Origin: Anaeramoeba ignava BMAN
Lineage: Eukaryota > Protista > Anaeramoebae
Assembly (NCBI GenBank): GCA_028826165.1
Contig: JAPDFW010000103.1
Coordinates: 620,001 to 684,000 of the forward strand
Length of the DNA stretch: 64,000 nt
Direction of reading: 5' to 3'
The position numbers and the translations under genes were made by a program. Below the pieces are notes generated by a model. It did no database searches, was not told the origin of the DNA, and was given only the letters and a program-made list of their open reading frames with translations. Below, piece by piece: positions 36,501-47,613 of the stretch; positions within the stretch are counted from its first letter, which is position 1; each line of letters begins with the position of its first letter.

Positions 36501-39500
36501 ATTTGGTTTTCTGTTAAAGTCCCAGTTTTATCAGAAAATATATATTCAATCTGTCCTAAGTCTTCAATAATTGCTGTGTTGGAGGCTTTTGCTGCAATTT
36601 TGTTTTTGTCATCCCACATTTCTAAATCCCAGTTGATGAATAATGCATAGATATATTTACATATATCTAATGTTACTTTTAATGATATTGGAATCATAAG
36701 TGACATTAAAAGCATAAATCGTAATGGAATAATAATTGGTTGATATCCTGGTTCATCATCTGTTTGATAATCTAAATATTCATACTTTTTATATTTTAAT
36801 TTTTAATTTTAAATTTTTAATTTTAATTTTAAATTTAAATTCAAAATGAATTTTGATTTTAATTTGAATTTTAATTTTAATTTTAATTTTAATTTTAATT
36901 TTAATTTTAAATTCAAAATGAATTTTAATTTTAATTTTAATTTTAATTTTAAATTCAAAATGAATTTTAATTTTAATTTTAATTTTAATTTTAATTTTAA
37001 TTTTAATTTTAATTTTAATTTGTTTTGATTTTAAATTGAATTTAAATTTTTAATTTTAATTTTAATTTTGATTTTAATTTTGATTTTAATTTTGATTTTA
37101 ATTTTGATTTTAATTTTAATTTTAATTTTAATTTTAATTTGTTTTGATTTTAAATTGAATTTAAATTTTTAATTTTAATTTTAATTTTGATTTTAATTTT
37201 GATTTTAATTTTGATTTTAATTTTAATTTTGATTTTAATTTTGATTTTAATTTTGATTTTAATTTTAATTTTAATTTTAATTTCAATTTTAATTTTAATT
37301 GAAATTCAAAAGGATACATTTTCACCTCTTTTACTTTTCCAAACATCACCAACAATTCCAAAAATGACAAATAAAAGAAATTGCATAGAGAAAATAAACA
37401 TTGTAGTTTTATTAATTGATTTATCTAATTTAGTCCATTTTGTTGGTGTTTTTCTTTTGTTTCGACCAAGTTTTGTTTCTTTTCCTGTATAAACACTAAG
37501 TCCATAAATAAAACGTGTGTTTTTTATCAATGTTCCTTGTGGTAATAATTGTTTAACAGATAATGAGAGATATTTATTATCATCAACATCCATTTTGAGT
37601 CTAGAATCAAATTTGTAGATTTCTTCATTAGGTGGTGCACATTCAACAACTCCCTTAAAAATTTTAATTATAATTTTAATTTTAATTTTAATTTTCATTT
37701 TAATATTAAATTCAAAATGAATTTTAATTTTAATTTTAATTTTAATTTTCATTTTAATATTAAATTCAAAATGAATTTTAATTTTAATTTTAAATTTTAA
37801 TTTTAATTTTAATTTTAATTTTAATTTTGAATTCAAAATGAATTTTAATTTTAATTTTAATTTTGAATTCAAAATGAATTTTAATTTTAATTTTCAAAAT
37901 GAATTTTAATTTTAATTTTCAAAATGAATTTTAATTTTAATTTTCAAAATGAATTTTAATTTTAATTTTGATTTTGATTTTAATTTTAATTTTCAAAATG
38001 AATTTTAATTTTAATTTTAATTTTAATTTTCATTTTAATTTTAATTTTAATTTTAATTTTAATTTTAATTTTAATTTTAATTTTGATTTTAATTTTAATT
38101 TTAATTTTGATTTTAATTTTAATTTTAATTTTAATTTTAATTTTTATTTTAATTTTCATTTTCATTTTAATTTTAATATTAATTTTAATTTTAAATGAAT
38201 TTTAATTTTAATTTTAAATTCAATTTTAATTTTAATTTTAATATTAAATTTTAATTTTAATTTTAATTTTAATTTTAATTTTAATTTTAATTTTAATTTT
38301 AATTTTAATTTTAATTTTAATTTTAATTTTAATTTTAATTTTAATTTTGAAATTAACCTTAAAATCTTCGCAAACACTAGGTTTTTTTAAATGAAGTGTT
38401 TCTTCAAGTGCTATTCTTAATTTTAAATCTGTTTCTCCATCTAAATTTGCTGTTTGAATATAACAAGATCCATCTTCTTTATTACTTGAAAGAAGAACTA
38501 AATCACAAGGAACTTCTTCATCTTGTTCAACAATTACAATATCTCCAACACAAATATCTTTGGATTTAATCTTAGAAATTAAATTTTAATTTAAATTTTA
38601 ATTTTAATTTTGATTTTAATTTGATTTTAATTTTAATTTCAATTTTAATTTCAATTTAAATTTTTAATTTTAATTTATTTTAATTTTAATTTTAATTTTT
38701 AATTTTAATTTTTAATTTTAATTTTAATTTTAATTTTAATTTTAATTTTAATTTTAATTTTAATTTTAATTTTAATTTTAATTTTAATTTTAATTTTAAA
38801 TTCAAAATGAATTTTAATTTTAATTTTGATTTTAATTTTAATTTTAATTTTGATTTTAATTTTAATTTTGATTTTGATTTTAATTTTAATATTAATTATA
38901 ATTTTAATTTTTAATTTTAATTATAATTTTAATTTTAAAATGAATTTTAATTTTAATTATAATTTTAATTATAATTTTAATTTTAATTTTAATTTTAATT
39001 TATTTTAATTTTAATTTTAAATTTAAAATGAATTTTAATTTTAAATTTTAAATAAATACTTCAACTTCATCTCCATTTCGAATAACTTGATATTCTCGAG
39101 AATTTGCAATTTTATCAGCTTTATGTCTATTCAAATCATCAATTCCTTCTTTAATAGCAGCAAGAAGAATAATAATAATTAAAGGACCCCAAGTTGTTGC
39201 AGGATTAACTGGTGTAATTTCATTCCATAATTGTAAACAAGCAATCATAAGGAAATATATGTTCATAAATCGACTAAATTTTTTAAATTGAAAATTTTTA
39301 ATTTGAAATTAAATTGAAAATTTGTTAATTCAATTTTTTACCTAAATTGTTCAATTAAATTTTTTGGTAAAAATGTTAATATTGTATATTTCGAATTCGT
39401 CACTTTGTTTTTCGGAAATTTCGCGTTCATTTCTAAATTATTTGCATATACAATTCGATTTTCAACTGCTTTTTTTTTCTGTTTTATTTTTTATTTTTTT

Positions 39501-39590
39501 GTTTTATTTTAAAATTGGTTTTCAATTTAAAAAAGGGAGAAGTGGTGAAAAGACATTTTTTTTGGTTTTTTTTACCTTGCAACATTTCAT
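30546..39590 (-). CDS. P4-ATPase phospholipid flippase, ALA2-like; 9 exons, ~1,142 aa, intact
   Basis: Exons 39590-39576, 39478-39342, 39273-39060, 38570-38358, 37653-37318, 36784-36058, 33237-32576, 32499-32405 and 31575-30546 (3429 nt, in frame). Motifs [44 protein letters not shown] and GDGGND. Confidence 0.92.
31576..32404 (-). repeat. P4-ATPase intron filled with degenerate AAATTCATTTTT / AAATTTTAAAT units
   Basis: GT..AG on -; low-complexity ~11-12-mer variants. Confidence 0.85.
33238..36057 (-). repeat. 2.82-kb P4-ATPase intron composed of 10-bp satellite (TTTGAATTTAA-type)
   Basis: Several hundred tandem AATTTGAATT-type decamers between the GT and AG. Confidence 0.95.
36785..39059 (-). 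repeat. Three further P4-ATPase introns (36785-37317, 37654-38357, 38571-39059) filled with (AAAATT)n on the sense strand
   Basis: Read TTTTAA/TTTTGA on +, interspersed with TTCAAAATGAA. Confidence 0.9.
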
Positions 39591-39853
39591 TTTAAAAAGA
39601 AAAAAAAATAAATGAAAAAATGAAAAAATGAAAAAATGAAAAAATTAATTTTGGATTATAATTTTAATTTTAATTTTAATTTCAATTTTTAATTTTAATT
39701 AATTTTAATTATAATTTTAATTTTAATTTTAATTTCAATTTTTAATTTTAATTTTAATTAATTTTAATTATAATTTTGATTTTAATTTTAATTTTAATTT
39801 TAATTTGAAAATTTTGAAAAGAAAAAAATGAAAAAATCAAAAGAATTTGTATT

Positions 39854-42399
39854 TCAGTTTTTTTGAGGAATGTGATTTGGGCAATCACAAAACAATACAG
39901 AACCATCTCCATTTCCTATATATTCAGAACCAACAAAAGATTTTAAATTCTTTAATTTTTTCAGAATTGGTTCGTAACCATTGTCACGGTAATAATAATA
40001 ATCAATTTTATCAATAAAAAAATAATTTCCCCGACCAATATGCGGTCGACCAATTGTTTGCCATTCAAAATGGATTAAATTTTGAAGAAATGTTGGATCA
40101 TTAGTTGATTCTAAATGTTTGAATAAACCATCAATTTCCATTTTATTTAAATATAATTCTTGAACATTTTTCCAAAGAGGAAGTGAAAAAATACATTTTT
40201 CATTTTCTTTATAAGATTTAGAACAATTACATTCAGTTAATATTGTGATATCATTAGTAAATGATGTAAGCAATAGTTTTTGAATATTTTGATTTAAAGC
40301 TAATTCATAAATTCCTTCATTTGTAATATTTGTGATTTGATTAGAATAATTCCATCCTCTAAGTTTTAAAATTGTTAGATTTGATAAATATTGATTGATG
40401 CATTTAATAGTTTCATTTCCAACTCTTGTTGAATAAATATTCAAATAATTTAATTGAATTAAATTTGGAAGTATTTTGCATAAACTTTCATCTGATACAA
40501 ATGTATTTGATAAATCTAATGATCGAAGAAGTGTTAATCTTGATATTCCTTTTGATTCTTTTTCAAGTTCAAGTAAAATATCATCAGCTATCCATTTATT
40601 TCCTGATAAATCAAGTGATAAAAGTTGTGAAGAAAAATTTGGAATCCAATCTCTTACAATTTCAAAATCATCAATATAACCAAAAGGTTCAATTTTCAAA
40701 TAAGTTAATTGATTCCAGTTTTTTAATAATGATCCAAATTTATTATCTAAAAGATATCCATTTTCATCTGGTTTATCAAATATTCTAGTTGAATAATTTA
40801 TAAGTTGCATTTCTGAAATTGAAAGAGTTTTAAGATTAACAAGTTTTTCAAAAGCTGAAATCATTTTAGATCTTTTTACTTTGCGAACTTCATTGTAAAT
40901 CGGAATTAAATTATTATGATATTCACCATCAATTATTTTTGATGCTCCAGAAATTTTAATTTTCAAATTAATTATTGAAGAAGGAATCATTTCAACAATT
41001 GATGTTGTTACTCCACCATTTCCTAAAATAAGAGTTTGTAATTTATCTAATTGAGGTAAAAATTCTTGGAAAATTTCTTCTTGATAATTTTCTCCATAAT
41101 TATCATTATATATATAATCTCTATTTGGATTATTTTTTCCAAGACATCCACTAATATCCAAATAAATCAAATTTTTCAAATATTTCAAATTTATAAGTGC
41201 ATCTTCTGATATTTTGAGGAAAAATGATGGTTCTGGATAAGATATAAAATCACGATCATCAATTAAACCTAATTTGCAATCAATTTCATGTGTTAACAAT
41301 GGTTTTCCATTCCAAACTCCAAGAATTAAAACTTCTAAATTCTTTTGAATCATTTCATTTTCACAAATAATTTTCAAACTTTCATTAGTTAATCCCAAAC
41401 ATCCTGTAAAATTCAATTCAAATAAATTATCAAAATGAATTAATTTCGAAACAGTATTATCATTTATCCAAAAATTTCCTTTAAAATCTAAGGCTTCAAA
41501 TTGTTTGAAATTTGAAATATTTGAAGAAGTAATTGTTCCATTTAAATTCATTTCATCAAAAATATCTTCTAAAATATTCAAAGGTAAGTTTTTTACTAAT
41601 TCATTTTCAAACACAAATGAAGTATTTTCAATAACTTTTCTTGATATTTCTTCTAAACTTTTAATTTTGGTTTGATTTTCTTTTTTTTCTTTTTTTTCTT
41701 TTTTTTCTTTTTTTTCTTCTTTTTCTTTTTCTTTTCCAATTAAAAAATTTGATAATTTAAATTGAAATTCTTTTAGTTTTTGTTTATTAATAAAATCAAA
41801 AGATCCAAAATTGATAATCTCAGTTGAAATATCTTCTAAAAACTTTACAGCTGCTCCAATAAGATTTGAATTCCATAATTTTGGATAACAAGAACTTGTA
41901 TTTAAAGAACCAATAAATTTTGGGATTTTGTGTGAATTTCTTTCATAATCACTAAAATATCGAGAAACTTCTTTAAATTGAATATCAAACCATTCTTTCA
42001 TTAAATAATTTTGAATAAAAGGAATAAGAACAAAATTTGTAATTCTATGAAGAAATCTAATTTTAAAATTTTAAAAATGAATTTTTATTTTTAATTTTCA
42101 AAATGAATTTTAATTTACCTTTGAATTGCAACTTGAAGATGTTTACTTTTCTGTTTTGATTTTTTATTAATTTTATTGTTATTATTGTTATTATTCTTAT
42201 TTTCTTCTTCTTCTTCTTCTGGTTTAAATAATGAATCAATTTTAATAATTAATTCTTTATATTTTGGTTTTAATAATTTTTCATATTCAAATTTTTGATA
42301 AATTAATTTTGATTTTTTTTCAAATGTTTCTTGTAAAATTTTATAATTTTCTGATTTTGGAAAATTTGATTGAATTTGTTTTTTAAAATTAAGAGACAT
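39854..42399 (-). CDS. LRR/VHL-box-like protein, copy B (intact; intron 42057-42118), ~827 aa
   Basis: Same exon structure as copy A, with a 62-nt intron. Confidence 0.85.
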
Positions 42400-42471
42400 T
42401 TCTTTTTAATTTTTTTTGAAATAAAAAAAATGAAAAAATTTTTTTTCCTCTTTTTTTTTTTTAATTTTTGT

Positions 42472-42624
42472 AATTCAAAAAGATTAGGAATTCCCTCAAA
42501 AAAAAAAATTTATTTAAATTAAGAAATGAAAGATTTAAATTTTGTGAGGATTTATTTAATCCATATTTGATTGAAAAAGAAAAATGAAAATTCATTAAAT
42601 CATTTATAATTCCAATTATGAAAT
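42472..42624 (+). pseudogene. Decayed internal actin fragment
   Basis: aatgaaagatttaaattttgtgaggatttatttaatccatatttgatt aligns with the reverse complement of the actin at ~23330-23480 ([16 protein letters not shown]). Confidence 0.75.
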
Positions 42625-42724
42625 TAAAATATTTTCATTTTAATTTTAATTTTAATTTTAATTTTGATTTTAATTTTAATTTTTGATTTTAATTTTAATT
42701 TTAATTTTAATTTTAATTTTAATT

Positions 42725-43102
42725 TTAATTTTGATTTTGATTATTAAATTTCTTAATTAATAAATCAAATAAATTTGGATTTGTTTGATTTAATTGAAAA
42801 TAATCAATTCCCCTATCAAGTTCATTAATTATTTCTTGTGTAATTTCAATTTCATCTTTAATTTGATTTGAATAAATCCAATATTCAAATATTTGAAATG
42901 ATTTATTACTTAATTCACTATAATCTGTAACTTTATTGGAAGTATCATTTGTTACAGATAAAAACATTCCTCGATATAATTCACTTCTCATTAATAATAT
43001 TAATTTAGGAAATTTATATTGTTTTTCTTTTCTTTCAATTATAAAATCTTTTTCATTTAAATAAATTCTTTTAATTGTTTCTTCAATTTTTTCATTTGAA
43101 TT
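42725..43102 (-). pseudogene. 5'-truncated RCC1-BTB fragment
   Basis: NSNEKIEET..EKDFIIERKEKQYKFPK..MRSELYRGMF..NQNQN* with no propeller. Confidence 0.85.
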
Positions 43103-43217
43103 CTAAAATAAATTTGAATTATTTAAAATTTGATTTGTTTCCTATTTATTGATTTGAAGAATTTAATTTGATTGAAAGTAAATTAAAATTAATTTGAAAA
43201 AAAGAAAAAATTTGAAA

Positions 43218-44675
43218 TTAAATGAAATAAGTCTCAAGTTCATCAACAATCCATTTATTACAAGAACCAGCTAAATAACTTTTAGCTTCATTTGTTTTAA
43301 ATTCAATTCCATTAGGCAGATTGTAACTAGAACCAAAATTTGAAAAGCCAGGTTTATGAAAATTAGAAGTCAAAGCAAAATCGGGATCTCTATATTTTCG
43401 ATAAGGAAATCCAAAACATGGACCATAATCTAATTCAGAATCAATTGCATATCCTTCTTCGCCTTTTTTAATTGTGAATTTTTGAGGTTTTCGATCATTT
43501 TTATCATTTCTTAATGAAAAAATAAAAGCATTTGCATCAAATTGAGGTCCTGAATCATCATTTCGATAAAGTTTATGCCATTTTGATTTATCTTTTGGGA
43601 AAAATCCAACTTCTGTAAATCCTCCAAAAATAAAACCATTTGTTGTTTTCATAATAACTAATGTTTTCCCTTTATTGTCAACTTTTTTATGCCATTTTTT
43701 AGAAGAAAATCCATTTCTTCTCGCTGAAAATCCTTTTTTCATTTTGGAAAAGAATTTATCATCATTTATCCATTCTTGTAATTTAGAAGCATATTCGTTA
43801 TCTTGAATAATTTTTGATGATTTAAATCTTGATTGGAAAGTTAATTCTTTTTCATGTAAATTTGTTTCTTGAAGTTTTTGGAATTGAATTAATTGTTCTG
43901 AAATTTGTTTTGGAATTAAATCTTCTTTCAAAATATCTTTAAGTTCTTCTTTTGAAAAATCAATAAATCTTATTTTTTCAATAACATTTGAAATTTGATT
44001 TTGTAATTTTTCTTTTTCTTCTTTTTCAAGTTCTTTTTCTTGATTAATATCTAATTTATGTTTTCCCCATTTTATTATTGATTGAAAAAGTTCAAATTCA
44101 TTTATTAAAATATCATGATTTGATAATATTGAATTTAAATGATTTTCTTCAAGTTCAAGAAAAAAAGAAGTTTTAATAAATTTATCAAAATTTTCAAAAA
44201 TAAATTTATAAGAAGAATCTATTAATTGATTAAAGTTCATTGCTTCAGATAATTTAAGGATATCAACAACAGTTTCAAATTGTAAATTGTTTTTAATAAA
44301 ATTTGAACAAATTTCAATTAATTCATCAATTAAATATTTTGATGAAAAAAATAAAATTTGAATTGCATTTTCTAAATTAATTTCAATTTTTCCTGAATAA
44401 AAATAATTTAAAATTGAAGATAGAATTGAACTTGAAACATCTTTTAGAATTAATTTATTTTCTTGATATTCTTTCATTTTGGAATTAAAAAGAGATTTAA
44501 AATATTCACTTCTTGAAGAAAGAATTGATTTATGAGTTTTAATTGAAGTTTGATTTTGTTCACAAATTATTTCAAAATCAAAATAACTTTCTTCTTCTTT
44601 TTCATTTTGATTTTGATTTTGAAATAAATTTTTTAAATCATTTGAAAGTTTTTCTAAATTTGAATAATTTTCCAT
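43218..44675 (-). CDS. BTB-BACK-TLDc protein (485 aa), paralogue of 27239
   Basis: Near-identical BTB/BACK, divergent TLDc loops. Confidence 0.9.
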   Translation of the reverse strand: MENYSNLEKLSNDLKNLFQNQNQNEKEEESYFDFEIICEQNQTSIKTHKSILSSRSEYFKSLFNSKMKEYQENKLILKDVSSSILSSILNYFYSGKIEINLENAIQILFFSSKYLIDELIEICSNFIKNNLQFETVVDILKLSEAMNFNQLIDSSYKFIFENFDKFIKTSFFLELEENHLNSILSNHDILINEFELFQSIIKWGKHKLDINQEKELEKEEKEKLQNQISNVIEKIRFIDFSKEELKDILKEDLIPKQISEQLIQFQKLQETNLHEKELTFQSRFKSSKIIQDNEYASKLQEWINDDKFFSKMKKGFSARRNGFSSKKWHKKVDNKGKTLVIMKTTNGFIFGGFTEVGFFPKDKSKWHKLYRNDDSGPQFDANAFIFSLRNDKNDRKPQKFTIKKGEEGYAIDSELDYGPCFGFPYRKYRDPDFALTSNFHKPGFSNFGSSYNLPNGIEFKTNEAKSYLAGSCNKWIVDELETYFI

Positions 44676-44733
44676 TTTGTTTATTTAAAAATTTTGAAAA
44701 GAAAAAAATGAAAAAATCAAAAGAATTTGTATT

Positions 44734-47292
44734 TCAGTTTTTTTGAGGAATGTGATTTGGGCAATCACAAAACAATACAGAACCATCTCCATTTCCTATA
44801 TATTCAGAACCAACAAAAGATTTTAAATTCTTTAATTTTTTCAGAATTGGTTCGTAATCATTGCAATGGCGGTAATAATAATAATCAATTTTATCAATAA
44901 AAAAATAATTTCCCCGACCAATATGCGGTCGACCAATTGTTTGCCATTCAAAATGAATTAAATTTTGAAGAAATGTTGGATCATTAGTTGATTCTAAATG
45001 TTTGAATAAACCATCAATTTCCATTTTATTTAAATATAATTCTTGAACATTTTTCCAAAGAGGAAGTGAAAAAATACATTTTTCATTTTCTTTATAAGAT
45101 TTAGAACAATTACATTCAGTTAATATTGTGATATCATTAGGAAATGATGTAAGCAATAGTTTTTGAATATTTTGATTTAAAGCTAATTCATAAATTCCTT
45201 CATTTGTAATATTTGTGATTTGATTAGAATAATTCCATCCTCTAAGTTTTAAAATTGTTAGATTTGATAAATATTGATTGATGCATTTAATAGTTTCATT
45301 TCCAACTCTTGTTGAATAAATATTCAAATAATTTAATTGAATTAAATTTGGAAGTATTTTGCATAAACTTTCATCTGATACAAATGTATTTGATAAATCT
45401 AATGATCGAAGAAGTGTTAATCTTGATATTCCTTTTGATTCTTTTTCAAGTTCAAGTAAAATATCATCAGCTATCCATTTATTTCCTGATAAATCAAGTG
45501 ATAAAAAGTTGTGAAGAAAAATTTGGAATCCAATCTCTTACAATTTCAAAATCATCAATATAACCAAAAGGTTCAATTTTCAAATAAGTTAATTGATTCC
45601 AGTTTTTTAATAATGATCCAAATTTATTATCTAAAAGATATCCATTTTCATCTGGTTTATCAAATATTCTAGTTGAATAATTTATAAGTTGCATTTCTGA
45701 AATTGAAAGAATTTTAAGATTAACAAGTTTTTCAAAAGCTGAAATCATTTTAGATCTTTTTACTTTGCGAACTTCATTGTAAATCGGAATTAAATTATTA
45801 TGATATTCACCATCAATTATTTTTGATGCTCCAGAAATTTTAATTTTCAAATTAATTATTGAAGAAGGAATCATTTCAACAATTGATGTTGTTACTCCAT
45901 CATTTCCTAAAATAAGAGTTTGTAATTTATCTAATTGAGGTAAAAATTCTTGGAAAATTTCTTCTTGATAATTTTCTCCATAATTATCATTATATACATG
46001 ATATCTATTTGGATTATTTTTTCCAAGACATCCACTAATATCCAAATAAATCAAATTTTTCAAATATTTCAAATTTACAAGTGCATCTTCTGATATTTTG
46101 AGGAAAAATGATGGTTCTGGATAAGATATAAAATCACGATCATCAATTAAACCTAATTTGCAATCAATTTCATGTGTTAACAATGGTTTTCCATTCCAAA
46201 CTCCAAGAATTAAAACTTCTAAATTCTTTTGAATCATTTCATTTTCACAAATAATTTTCAAACTTTCATTAGTTAATCCCAAACATCCTGTAAAATTCAA
46301 TTCAAATAAATTATCAAAATGAATTAATTTCGAAACAGTATTATCATTTATCCAAAAATTTCCTTTAAAATCTAAAGCTTCAAATTGTTTGAAATTTGAA
46401 ATATTTGAAGAAGTAATTGTTCCATTTAAATTCATTTCATCAAAAATATCTTCTAAAATATTTAAAGGTAAGTTTTTTACTAATTCATTTTCAAACACAA
46501 ATGAAGTATTTTCAATAACTTTTCTTGATATTTCTTCTAAACTTTTAATTTTGGTTTGATTTTCTTTTTTTTCTTTTTTTTCTTTTTTTTCTTTTTTTTC
46601 TTTTTTTTCTTCTTTTTCTTTTTCTTTTCCAATTAAAAAATTTGATAATTTAAATTGAAATTCTTGTAGTTTTTGTTTATTAATAAAATCAAAAGATCCA
46701 AAATTGATAATCTCAGTTGAAATATCTTCTAAAAACTTTACAGCTGCTTCAATAAGATTTGAATTCCATAATTTTGGATAACAAGAACTTGTATTTAAAA
46801 AACCAAGAAAATTTGGAATTTTGTGTGAATTTCTTTTATAATCACTAAAATATCCAGAAACTTCTTTAAATTGAATATCAAACCATTCTTTCATTAAATA
46901 ATTTTGAATAAAAGGAATAAGAACAAAATTTGTAATTCTATGAAGAAATCTAATTTTAAAATTTTAAAAATGAATTTTTATTTTTAATTTTCAAAATGAA
47001 TTTAAATTTACCTTTGAATTGAAATTTGAAGATGTTTACTTTTCTGTTTTGATTTTTTATTAATTTTATTGTTATTATTGTTATTATTCTTATTTTCTTC
47101 TTCTTCTTCTTCTGGTTTAAATAATGAATCAATTTTAATAATTAATTCTTTATATTTTGGTTTTAATAATTTTTCATATTCAAATTTTTGATAAATTAAT
47201 TTTGATTTTTTTTCAAGTGTTTCTTGTAAAATTTGAAAATTTTCTGATTTTGGAAAATTTGATTGAATTTGTTTTTTAAAATTAAGAGACAT
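44734..47292 (-). pseudogene. LRR/VHL-box-like protein, copy C; intron 46950-47011; +1 A frameshift near 45505
   Basis: Near-identical to copy B. gataaaaag versus gataaaag in copy B; possibly an assembly error. Confidence 0.8.
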
Positions 47293-47364
47293 TTCTTTTT
47301 AATTTTTTTTGAAATAAAAAAAATGAAAAAATTTTTTTTCCTCTTTTTTTTTTTTAATTTTTGT

Positions 47365-47517
47365 AATTCAAAAAGATTAGGAATTCCCTCAAAAAAAAAA
47401 ATTTATTTAAATTAAGAAATGAAAGATTTAAATTTTGTGAGGATTTATTTAATCCATATTTGATTGAAAAAGAAAAATGAAAATTCATTAAATCATTTAT
47501 AATTCCAATTATGAAAT
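47365..47517 (+). pseudogene. Decayed internal actin fragment (duplicate of 42472-42624)
   Basis: Essentially identical to 42472-42624. Confidence 0.75.
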
Positions 47518-47613
47518 TAAAATATTATTTCAATTTTAATTTTAATTTTAATTTTAATTTTAATTTTAATTTTGATTTTAATTTTATTTTTAATTTTAAT
47601 TTTGATTTTAATT

